NCBI GenBank assembly: GCA_030704615.1 | Contig: CM060733.1 | Span: forward strand, 10,912,001 to 10,976,000 | Origin: Takakia lepidozioides | Taxonomy: Eukaryota > Plantae > Bryophyta | Length of the DNA stretch: 64,000 bases | Direction of reading: 5' to 3' | Part shown: positions 1 to 10,683 of the stretch, one piece after another | How positions within the stretch are numbered: position 1 is the stretch's first letter | Layout of the letters: each line of letters starts with the position of its first letter | Notes under the pieces: generated by a model | The model's input: the letters and a program-made list of their open reading frames with translations, nothing else | Databases searched by the model: none | Told to the model about the DNA's origin: nothing | Position numbers and translations under genes: made by a program

Positions 1-87
1 ACTACAAGCACGTATCGCTGGAGATTTGGTTGTGCATCCTGGGTAGGGTATCGCAAACACTAAAGACACGTAATGGGGTGACGCCGC

Positions 88-206
88 CATTTGAATATTC
101 GAATGAGCCATTTGAATAGTTCAAATATTGAAATGGATTTGGGCTATTCATATGGCCATTTGAATATTGGAATGAGCCATTTGAATAGTTCAAATGACCA
201 TTTCAA
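88..206. repeat. Short degenerate tandem repeat (~21-bp unit ccatttgaata(g/t)tcgaatgag)
   Basis: ccatttgaata recurs at ~88, 108, 156 and 177, with a ccatttcaat copy at ~198. Confidence 0.6.
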
Positions 207-1480
207 TTTTGGAGCTCCGCGATCCAAGCTCTATTTGGTTATTGAAGCTTGTTTTTCTTTTCCTTCCCCTAAGTTCTGCCTTGTGGTGCTTCGCTCTACT
301 AGTTGTTGGTCTCTTGCCTGTAGGCTATGGTGGCCCTAGTGTTGGCCTCTCTGTTGTCGCGCTCTTCTCTTCTTCTTTGCTTGCCGGTGGTATCCCTGTC
401 GTACTGCCTTCATGGCCTCCACAAGATTATTTTTTCCCTACTTTTTGCTGACTTTTCTATGTGTTCCCTGGCTTTGGCTCTTTATTATTTAAAAATAATA
501 ATATTGATACCCGTATTGATATTCAACTGATAGTTTTTTTTTTAAAAAACCCAAACTATTGATACCATATATTTTGCATATCTAAGGGAAATACTTATAT
601 CAGCATACTATTTGCAAATTTATCATTCTCACGCTTTCGTGGGCGAAACAGAATGAATTGTGTGTAGTTTGCATATTAGTGATTGCTACGAGTGTCAAAT
701 GCACATGATTAAATATGAAACTATTAATCAACAAAAAGTGTTGATGGAGATGGCACTGACAGGAAATTCCTTATGCCCCAACTTTGCGTATCTTTGTGCG
801 TGAGCACAAATTTCACATTTTAGTTTCTCTAGAGCATTTTTTTAAGAATATTCTTGGAATGTGTGGCATATCTTCTTCTGCTCACGTGAGCAGGCGCATG
901 GAGACATGAGCCTGCTCACGTGCTACCCAACCTCTCTCACCCCTAAAAACTCACAGATTTCAGATGATTTTTTTTTCCCCCCCCCCCTCACATTGGCATA
1001 TCCCACCTACTCACTGTTGCAATTAAGTAGATTCCTTGTATTTAGCCTGTAGCAAAATTGCAAGTGAATTTGTGGGCTGCCCATTCTTGACTCACCTTCA
1101 GCGACCCCCTAAAATCAAACTACAAAGGAGCTACAAACAAAACAACTGAAAAAACGCTGAAAATTTGTGGAAAGTCCAGGGTTATCTAGTGAACAATGTG
1201 CTCCCGAAAAACAACTGAAAACAACGCTGTAAGTTAAGGAATTTTGATAAGACCACTGAATTGTTTTGCCCCAGAAACTACAACCGTCTTGGGTTATTTT
1301 TGTTCTCCAATAAATTGTTATAATATCCCAAATTTCACTGTGGATGTCTCAAGGTACTAGGGAGCCAATCTAGATAACTTTGTATACGGTCAGTTTTCAT
1401 GGATGCTACATATGTATTAGATACGGCCCTTTCGCTCATTGGAGGTGCAGTTTTGCAGTACTGCCAAATAGGGACATTTA

Positions 1481-1879
1481 GAGCATCTCCACAGTGCCAC
1501 GACACTTGCCCGAAAACGGCAATCTAATGGCGCGGGGTCCAAAAAAGTAGTGCAGCTTGCTCCACGGTTGGCTCGGCCCGGTAGAATTGCCGTCGGCCCC
1601 ACCTTAATTCTGCCTCCCACCCCGACATTTTGCCAATCATACCGGGACCCGCCAACCACATTACATTTGTGAGTTATTTGTGAGTTAATGAGATATGATG
1701 TCCTCGGTCAACGCGCCAAGATTGTGCTCGAGCGGCGGGCCTGCCTGGGGCTATCTCTACCGGGTCTCCTACCGTCCCAACCGTGGAGCATCAGCCAACT
1801 AGTCTTTGTAAAAAATATTGTCGCCCCTGTAACCAGGGTATATAACGTTTGACGGGCTGTGCTCACCGTGGAGATGCTC
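1481..1879. mobile_element. Tourist-like (PIF/Harbinger) MITE
   Basis: TIR GAGCATCTCCACAGT ... ACCGTGGAGATGCTC; TTA on both sides (1478-1480, 1880-1882). Confidence 0.85.
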
Positions 1880-2066
1880 TTAGGGCCCCTTCAGACTACG
1901 GATCAAGACCAAGAAACCTTTGGACCAATTTGAAGGTAATTGGTCTCAATAGTGGTCCCTAGATGCATATTAAAATATTAATATCCTAGGGACTAAAGTG
2001 GGTGTTTGTAAAGGCTTGGGACCAAGACCAAGGAACTTAAAATGAGGTGTATCACCTTGTGAGGCT

Positions 2067-2542
2067 AGATTCTGGGGCCAGGGATATATTCCCCTTTCTA
2101 TCCGGTATTACCAGTATGAGGGTTGTAGCGCAGTAGGGCAGTGACACGCTTGAGAGGATGGAACCTAGTACAAAGATCAACCTCACTTACACACATTCAT
2201 CCATACACATCAAAGGAACACCGTACAAGATCTATGACCAAAATCCACCACCTCGTTTCCTTGAGTGCTTTGATTTATATAGTACTTAAGCATGTAATCC
2301 TATCTAGGCCAAACGGCTGCTTTCTATTGGTCGGCCAGATGTTATCCCAGCAAGGCCACACAAGCCTGCCACATCACCTAATCTATTCATAATCCGACTG
2401 TTAACTACAGACAACATCAACTTAATAAAGCCAGCTGTGCCAACGCCTAATACGTAACGGCTATTCCACCTACATCCATCTAGGATTAAATGAGGGCTTC
2501 ATCCGATGTCATTCGTTACCCTGAATGAGCTTCACCATCCTG
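2067..2542 (-). repeat. 3' LTR of gypsy element (inner end possibly truncated)
   Basis: Aligns to 10218-10683. Confidence 0.85.
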
Positions 2543-3086
2543 GGGCGTGCTAGATTGTGAGCAGAAAAAACTGTGAGCAAGATTCTGCTCACAGTTTTTG
2601 CCCTATTGTCGCGGACCTGAACCTGCTGGAAGCCCTATTACCGTGGGCTTCAAGCATCAAAAAATGAGCATTTTTTTTTTAAGAGTGAGCCAGTGGGTTA
2701 GCAGCAACATTGTGGAGTGATTGATTGATGTTTGAGTGTGTTTTGAAAAGGAGTTGGATGAAAGGAGTGGATGAACGATGGATGAATGCGCGATGAGAAA
2801 AGATGGATGAGAAAGAGAGTGGATGAATGAAAACGATGAATTCAGACCGGGGACCGCTAAAGGAAGCCCGAAAACACATCTTCAAACATGCAAGGGAGGG
2901 AAACTGGTGCTTCATAAATGTTTGTCTTAAAACAAATGAGTCATTCCGAAAAGGCACTTTCCACTACTATCTGATTTTGAGCCTAAAACTGGTGCAGAAT
3001 TGTCTATAAAGATATTAGCCCGGCTCTACACAAAACCACCTCTGTCACGGACCACAGGAGGGGGAGATGAGATGAGACGAATGTGC

Positions 3087-3830
3087 CAGATTAAGGTGAC
3101 GTTGACGCCACCTTAATCTGGCTGGTCTTCTGGGCTGGAATTAAGCTCCAACAGGGGCTGGGAATTAAGGTGGCGTTGACGCCACCTTAATGCCGAGCCT
3201 GTTTCCCTCTACGAACATGGCTGCTCGCCAAGGCTTTTATTTAGTTTTTATTGTTTTTTTATTGTTTTTGGGGTGAATTATCATGTTCCAATAGGGGCTG
3301 GGAATTAAGTAGTCATTGACGACACCTTAATTCCCAGCCCTTGATGGAACATGACAATTCACCTGCCACCTTCTCTGGTTGGGCTTCTGGGTTGGAATTA
3401 AGCTCTAACAGGGGCTAGGAATTAAGGTGTCGTTGACGACACCTTAATTCCCAGCCCCTATTAGAACATGACAATTCACTTGCCACCTTAATCTGGTTGG
3501 TCTTCTGGGCTGGAATTAAGCCCTACCAGGGGTTGGGAATTAAGGTGTCGTTGACGACACCTGTTGGAACATGACAATTCATCTGCCACCTTAATCTGGT
3601 TGGTCTTCTGGGCTGGAATTAAGCTCTAACAGGGACTGGGAATTAAGGTGGCGTCCACCTTAATGCCGAGCCTATTTCCCTCTACGAACATGGCTCCTGA
3701 GTCCTCGCCAAGGTTTTTATTTCATATTTATATTTGTTTTTGGTTTTTGGGGTAAATTGTCATGTTCCTTGTGAGGGCTGCGAATGCCGTCACCTTAATG
3801 CCCAACCTGTTTCAATGGTAGAACATGGCT
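3087..3830. repeat. Array of ~120-bp units with a palindromic core GGAATTAAGGTG(G/T)CG-TTGA-CG(C/A)CACCTTAATTCC
   Basis: Copies at ~3089, 3161, 3301, 3418, 3535 and 3639; 22-bp stem at 3411-3458. Confidence 0.85.
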
Positions 3831-4114
3831 GTTCGCTTAGGTTTTGTTGTAATTTTAAATATTTTAATTGGTTTTTGGGTTGGATTCCCATGTGCCGTTT
3901 GAATTAGGGTTACCATTTTGGGTTTCTGGCTTCCGTTTCTGCTTTGGGGTTTGAGGTTTGGGGTTTATCAATGCGGGCATGGGTTTGAGGTTAATGGTTT
4001 TCCATTGGGGTTTGAAATTTGGGTTGCGGGATCAATGTTTGTAGTTATGGTTTCCCCGTGTTTCCCCGTGTATAGAATTTGTCGTCAATGCTGTGTTTGC
4101 CGTACAATCAGTTT

Positions 4115-4844
4115 TAGATAAGCAAACAACAGAATTGGAACAGCCATGTCCCACTCGTCAATCGAAAGTCCCATTCTTCTCTAACATTTGACACATGGTC
4201 TTGTTAAAACGCTCAGTCAAGCCATTGCATTGGGGGTTATAAGGGGCAGTCACCGCATGATGAGTATTCAAATTAAACAAGACAATTTCCATGAGCTGGT
4301 TACAAAACTCGGTACCTTGATCTGTGAGGATCTCAATGGGACATCCGTGGCGGATGATCACCTTGTCAAAGAAGAATTGAACCACTTCATCACTGCCATT
4401 AGCAACCAATGGTCAGATCTCAACCCATTTCGTCAGGTAATCCGTGGCTACAGCAAGGTATGCATGGCCCTTGGATGTGGGTTTGAGTGGTCCAACTAAA
4501 TCTAAGCCCACCCTTGCAAAAGGTTCAGTGACAGGGATAGGCTGGAAAGGTAATGGAGCCTTGATTCTAGGCAGTATGGTCTTAGCATGACAGAGAACAC
4601 ATCTAGCAATGAAAGCTGAAACATCCTTCACCAACCCTTTCCAATGATATTGTTCTTGCAAACGTTTGACTGTCTTGGTAACCCCCAAATAACCAGCATA
4701 AGTAGAAGTATGGTAAAACTCAAGCAAGGCAGGAACAACGGACCTAGGAGGGACTTCCACAGCAGATTGGCCTTCAAAAGCATCAACTTTGAACAAACGC
4801 CCTTCATTTTCCCGGCAGGTAGGTAAATGATAGTTAACTTGCAA
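4115..4844 (-). pseudogene. pol: Gypsy integrase (HHCC + DDE core), frameshifted and C-terminally truncated
   Basis: YH..YAGYLGVTKT..CVLC; PFARVGLDLVGPL; ILTDQGTEF; PQCNGLTERFN. Confidence 0.9.
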
Positions 4845-5373
4845 GCCTCATAAGTAGCTTGGATATGCCACTTACGTGGGTGCCGACTTTGCACCTATGG
4901 AGAAGAGCTTCGTAAAGTGGGTCATCTATGCTACAACCTTTATGGCCACACAACAGCGGTTAGAGCAGGTGAAATAGAAAGTGTCCGCCCCCGTGTTCTT
5001 CCTTTCATGTATCATGTCATACTTTCAGTGGCTGCTATGAAGGTGTGCGTAGGCATTAGAAAACAGCTCAGTCCCTTGGTCAGGAAACAAAAATCAGGCA
5101 AGATGCTGGAGAAGAATGAACCAGACATATGTAAGGGACATAACTAAACCCAACAGTGTGTCCGCCACACTTTAATGCAGACTAGTTCTAGCAGCAAACC
5201 TAATCATGAACATCAAACTGAAGAAGATCCCAACTATGAAGCAGGTCTGCAGGTATACAGGGATAATCTAGCAAATGACATAAAGCAATTTGGGATCAAA
5301 GTGGGAGTCAGCAACAACACGGGGAGATGAAGGAGAGGGCAGACGAGCCAAATCATCTAAGGTGGTGTAAGGA

Positions 5374-7292
5374 TCAGCAGCTTTGGTCTATCTCCCCATG
5401 AGTAAGAGCATCTGCATTAACATTATCTTTGCCTCGTTTGTAGGTGATCTTGAAGTCATAGGCCTGTAGAATGAGAGCCCATCTTGCCAACCTCCCTGTC
5501 AATTCTCTAGGAGTAAGTAACGCTTTCAACGGAAGATGATCAGTTTCAACAACAAACGGGCAACCATGAAGATATTGGCAAAAAGATTTGACACCAAAAA
5601 TCATTGCCAATCTTTTCTTTATCCGTGATGGAATAATTGCGTTCATGTTTGTCTAAGCGCCTAGAGGCATAAGCCACTGCATGTTCCCTTCAATCATGAA
5701 TTTGGCTGAGCACTGCAGAAATAGCCAAATCACTGGCATCAGTCTGTATGGCAAGGAAAAATCGGGGTAAGCAAGAACAGGGGCAGATGTCAAGGCAATT
5801 TTGAGCTTTTCAAAGGCAGAGGTTTCAGCCAGGCCCCACAGAAATTGAACATCTTTGGATAAGAGCCTAGTGACTGGTGCAGCAATCTTTGCAAATTGAA
5901 AGATGAAGCGACGGTAATATGAGCCTAATCCAAGAAAAGCCTTGACACAATGTTTGTCTTTGGGGATAGGGTACTCCCATACAGCCCAAATTTTGTTGGG
6001 ATCAGGATTGATGCCTGCAGCAGAAAGGAGGTGACCAAGAAAATGCAGTTGCTCCATGCAAAAGTCGCATTTCTTTGCTTTGATTTTAAGTCCAGCAGCT
6101 CAGAGTCTACACACCACCCTTTGCAAGTCCAAGAGGTGAGCTTCAAAGGTAGTAGAGTACACATTGATATCATCTATATAAACGAGAGCACATTCCCAGC
6201 GTAAGTTTCCTAACACTACATCCATGTTAATCGTTGAAACATAGCCGTGGCATTGCAAAGCTCAAAAGACATGGTTTCAAACCGATACATGCCTATCCTA
6301 CACGTAAAAGCAGTCTTTTCTTTGGCAGCAGGAGTGAGAGGCACTTGCCAAAACCCTACTGCAAGATCGAGAGAAGAGAATATAGCGGCACCATTGAGCT
6401 GATCTACTGTCTCATTAATGCGAGGAAGAGGGTACACATCACGTTTAGTAATGGCATTCAACCTACGAAAGTCAACACAAAATTTGGTGGTCCTATCTTT
6501 CTTACCAACCAACACGATGGGACTGGCCCATGGAGAAATAGAGGGAGTGATAACACCAACGTCCAGCATTCGATGGATTTCTTCCTGGATGACCTTGCAT
6601 TCCCGAACACTTTCCCGATAGGCATGTTGTTTAACAAGCTGACCATCAGTAACAATGTCATGCTGCAGAACAACAGTCCTGCCAAGATCATGAGAGCCTC
6701 TGCTAAAAAAGTCTAAGTTGTTGCGAATGAAGGCATGAAGCTGGATTGGCTGAGCTGGTGTCAGATGCTCACCCATCTTGATCTCTTTGAGAACCTGCTG
6801 AAAATGAGTCTCCCGGTCTGAAGTAAGGTTGGGATGGATCACTGAACCTTTGTGAGCAGCAAAACTGTGTAGCTGATCCACGGGTGAGTCCACGAGCCCG
6901 ATATCTTGCAAACTGAGAGCAGCCTGGACAGATGCTAGCTCAGAGAGTGGTACAGTAGTGAGACACGCCAGCACTTGCCCTTTTCGTATGGAAACAACAA
7001 TGCGTTCGGGGTTGGCAATGAGAAGCCGGGTTTTGCCTTTGAATCCACGATCAAGGATCCCAGCAACAATGAGGCAATGTTTCTGCAACGTTAACTTCCG
7101 CCAGCCCTCAATTTTTAAAAAATGACCCTGGGGACATAGAAATGCCAGACCCGTGGGGACAATGTGTTGGGAAAAAGCAGGGAGCACAAAATCAGTGGGG
7201 GCCCTTAACAAAAACGTATTTTTGGGAATAGGTAAGGGAGCAGTGTCTTTTTTGCCTGGAGAAGGGAATTGCCATTGGTATAAGCAGCCCAT
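5374..7292 (-). pseudogene. pol: Gypsy dUTPase-like domain + reverse transcriptase + RNase H (disrupted)
   Basis: PTGLA..AGILDRGFKG..IRKGQVLACL; SPWASPIVLV, FCVDFRRLN, SLDL..GFWQV, YIDD at ~6165-6180; FLGL.SYYRRFI; TDH..L, RWALILQAYDF..Y.RG..N.NADAL. Confidence 0.9.
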
Positions 7293-7319
7293 AGGTGCCT
7301 TGTACTGACTGAATCTAGA

Positions 7320-7730
7320 CTAGTTATAAGTTAACCCTACTTGCTCCCTCATAGCTTCAGCTTGCAACTTGAGCTTTGCAAAATTCGCCATAGAGGTGCC
7401 AGCAACAAGAGAGACTGGGCCCAGGCTTACCTTGTAGGGGTTACCCTCACCGTTATGTAGCCATATGACACTGTCAAGCACATTGATGCTAGCTTCCGCC
7501 CCCTTCATCCAATCTAACCCCAACAAGAACTGTTCTCCCAAAGTAACAATGCATGTGAGAACAACAGTCTTTCCACTAACTTTGATGGGAATGGTGACTA
7601 ACCCTAATGGTACCATCAGCAATGGTCACTGTAAGGCCAGTGGCAGATTGCAATTTGAGGCCTAAGACATGCACCACACTCAGAGGGACTGCAGACATCG
7701 TACAGCCAATATCTATGATGCAAGAAAAGG
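7320..7730 (-). pseudogene. Gypsy aspartic protease (disrupted)
   Basis: CIID(I)GCTMSAV at ~7690-7725 (degenerate DTG) and FLLGLDWM. Confidence 0.75.
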
Positions 7731-7880
7731 ACAAGTGACCCACATGACACTACGTCATGAGAGGATGGACACGAAGTTTGCGCATGGTACGGAGAGCCTC
7801 ACAATGTAATAACTTGAAATCTTGCGAGAGAACTGCACTTACCACGGATTGAGGGTTGTGAAGGTGATCGTCTGGCATCC

Positions 7881-9086
7881 TCACAGACGACCGTTTTCGT
7901 TTAAAGCCCCCTTCTTCTCTTTCTTAAGCTGCTCAATAAGGATTGGCAAATCAGGCATGTATGGGCATCGTCGAGTGTAGTGCTCAGTGGATTTACAGAT
8001 CATGCAAGCAGGTAGTGAGGCCTTGTCAACATACCTCAAGCCTGTTTGGGTTCTTCCCTTATAACCCCCTTGTTTGGGACCTTCTGGGTTTTGTCCTGGG
8101 GCATCAGAACCCGAGGCCCTCCAGGTGGCTTCACTTTTCAAAGCCTGCAGCTGGTCTTGCATATCACTACGCAATTGATGCAACTTATGAACCAACGTGG
8201 GCAATACTTGATCTGCTGTAGCAGTCATTTCACCATGGACATCCACTAGATTAGTTTCCTTACTAGCAACAAGAAAATGTGTGGCCTTAAGAGGGGAGGA
8301 GCTCAGGCCAGCCTTGGCAGCCTTCAACCTAAGTCGCTCTTCCAGTAGCCCTACCATCTCGTCCTCATGGTGATAATGTTGTTTCTGCAGGAATACCCTT
8401 TCATCTGGGGGTAAACCCTTGATGAAACAATGCTTCAGTATGGCTGACCGTTTAGCCGGCTCTTCCACTGCCTTACAGACTGCTGTACAAAGATCAAAGT
8501 AATACTTCCAGATACTGTCACCAGGGAAAAATGTTAGCTCAGGGACACTGTAAGCAATGGGCTTGACTTCCCGAAACAACCTATCTGCCAGTAGTCTGGC
8601 ATCATCCCAAGTCAGCTCAGCCTTTCCTTTGATGCTGGATTCAAAAATCTTTCTAGCTTCCCCTTTCAAACACATGCGAAAGGTTTTCACAATAAATTTC
8701 TGAGGAACCGAATTGATTTCTCTGCTAATGTCAAAGAACTCTAGAAAATATTCAAAATCCTTACCCAAATTAAAGTCCGGAAAGGGTTGCTTGTGCATTC
8801 GTTCAACAGAACACATTGGCTTGTTATCCGACACCACATGAGCACCTTGATTGATCAACATTTTCATTAAAGGCGGACAATTGGATATGACACCCATAGC
8901 CTCACAAAGCTCCTCCACATCAAGAGATGGCTCTTGAGTGGCCTTATCCTTTTCTACCCCTCTCTGACCAGTAGATTCTTCAGCTTGAGAGTTCTCATTC
9001 TTGTCAGTAGCTAACTCTCTCTCTCTCTCTCTTCTAGCTTTAAGCTCACTTAAGCCTACCATCTCTTCCGCTTCTTTTTCCAGCAT
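7881..9086 (-). CDS. gag: Gypsy Gag with CCHC zinc knuckle
   Basis: 401-aa ORF; CLKGEARKIF, FIKGLP, CMICKSTEHYTRRC. Confidence 0.85.
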   Translation of the reverse strand: MLEKEAEEMVGLSELKARRERERELATDKNENSQAEESTGQRGVEKDKATQEPSLDVEELCEAMGVISNCPPLMKMLINQGAHVVSDNKPMCSVERMHKQPFPDFNLGKDFEYFLEFFDISREINSVPQKFIVKTFRMCLKGEARKIFESSIKGKAELTWDDARLLADRLFREVKPIAYSVPELTFFPGDSIWKYYFDLCTAVCKAVEEPAKRSAILKHCFIKGLPPDERVFLQKQHYHHEDEMVGLLEERLRLKAAKAGLSSSPLKATHFLVASKETNLVDVHGEMTATADQVLPTLVHKLHQLRSDMQDQLQALKSEATWRASGSDAPGQNPEGPKQGGYKGRTQTGLRYVDKASLPACMICKSTEHYTRRCPYMPDLPILIEQLKKEKKGALNENGRL

Positions 9087-9099
9087 GGCCCTAGTGTAC

Positions 9100-10027
9100 T
9101 AGACAGGCATGGGCAAGACCAACACAACTTACCTCCTATCCGCTGGAGCTTGAAGGAATTCCTCCCAGTTCGCCACACAGTGGCAACTGATGTATTTGTG
9201 TTTGGGCAAAAGGTAGACAGCCTCACCCAACTGATCCCAGACTTCTCGGTCTGATTTGAGCCAAAATGAGACCTTGGCAATGGAACGAATTATACGTTCC
9301 TGACAACCAGGGTATGTGGAGGATATTCCGAGGCCTCTGCCACCTGACTGAGCCCCACGCGTTCGTATTTGAAGCTAAAATTACCACGTCCGTGACACAA
9401 TGAGAAAAGCGTTGCTCCAGCACCCCAGTGACTACCTCTTCCCAGGTCGGATCAACAGCAGCTGGAATAACTTTGACCTCACGAAGATTGGCAAACACAA
9501 TAGCCGTGCCACCCTTGACAAATTCCTAAAGCCGCAAAGGACTGAGCCTGTTGGGATGCGATAAGCTCTCCAAATCACTGCCAAGCTCACGGGAAACTGC
9601 AAACTTAGGAACACCTACTTCCGCCCAGCTGAATCGTTCACCAGCACTCATCCGACGTTTGAGCACTAAAAATGGGATTCTCTGAGCAATCTCTTCCGCT
9701 TGCGCGCAGTTCCTGCAACCATTTTCCAGCCCAAGCCCCCTGCAATGCTTTGTCCACTTTGCGTTTTTGTTCTCGTTTTTGAGCGGCAGTGGTTGCAACT
9801 TTCGCAGCCTCCTCAGCAGGCTCATCTTTGAACTTCGCAATCCAGTAATCAGAGGGAGTGTCCAACACGATTTCTTCACGTGTCCGTGCTTCCTTGTTAT
9901 CAACAGGAGTGTATTTGCAAATATCTTCACTCAAACGGACTCGTAATTCATGTAAAAATGTAAGCTCAAAGTTGAGCTCATGAGTAATCTCAGGAAACAA
10001 CGGCTCAGAGTGGGAAGAAGATGCCAT
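9100..10027 (-). pseudogene. Additional ORF upstream of gag (unknown function, frameshifted)
   Basis: ATG at 10027 just inside the PBS; ORF pieces 9638-10027, 9526-9650 and 9223-9498 are collinear. Confidence 0.5.
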
Positions 10028-10199
10028 CTCGCACAGTAGACAGAATCAACACAAGTGTACACAAACCAAAAACAAAAACAATGAAGCAAGGAGTATAAGC
10101 CGCCGCCATTGTGTTCGCTAATGGCTGTACCTTATGTTCCCTGCACAACACTAACACTTAAAAATGATTAGTTCATACATCCATGGTGACAGAGAAAAT

Positions 10200-10217
10200 G
10201 CCCCCCCATCTCCATCA
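10200..10217 (-). other. Primer-binding site resembling the tRNA-Ala 3' end
   Basis: Minus strand TGATGGAGATGGGGGG directly after the LTR versus expected TGGTGGAGATGCGGGG. Confidence 0.6.
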
Positions 10218-10683
10218 AGATTTTGGGGCTGGGGATATATTATTCCCCCTTCTGTCCGGTATTACCAGTATGAGGGTTGTAGCGCAGTAGGGCAGTGACA
10301 CGCTTGATAGGATGGAACCTAGTACAAAGATCAACCTCACTTACACACATTCATCCATACACATCAAAGGAACACCGTACAAGATCTGTGACCAAAATCC
10401 ACCACCTCGTTTCCTTGAGTGCTTTGATTTATATAGTACTTAAGCATGTAATCCTATCTAGGCCAAACGGCTGCCTTCCACTGGTCAGCCAGATGTTATC
10501 CCATCAAGGCCACACAAGCCTGCCACATCACCTAATCTAATCCTAATCCGACTATTAACTACAGACAACATCAGCTTAATAAAGCCCGCTGTGCTAACGC
10601 CTAATACGTAACGGCTACTCCACCTATTAACTGAGGGCCTCATCCGGTGTCATTCGTTACCCTGAATGAGCTTCACCATCCTG
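10218..10683 (-). repeat. 5' LTR of gypsy element (may extend to 10700)
   Basis: Aligns to 2067-2542. Confidence 0.85.

Larger units (their letters stand above)
2067..10683 (-). mobile_element. Decayed Ty3/gypsy LTR retrotransposon (extra ORF-gag-PR-dUTPase-like-RT-RH-INT)
   Basis: Direct repeats 2067-2542 and 10218-10683 (~95% identical by eye); gypsy domain order on the minus strand; multiple stops and frameshifts. Confidence 0.92.

Noticed and set aside
1-12. Window begins actacaag, like a CACTA terminus; cactacaagaa also at 44441
   Set aside because: No matching opposite TIR, 3-bp TSD or transposase found
2141-2392. 83-aa ORF duplicated at 10295-10540
   Set aside because: Lies antisense within the LTRs; the duplication is just the LTR pair
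3087-3830. CRISPR-like palindromic array
   Set aside because: Inter-palindrome sequences are themselves repeated rather than unique spacers; no cas genes; eukaryotic context
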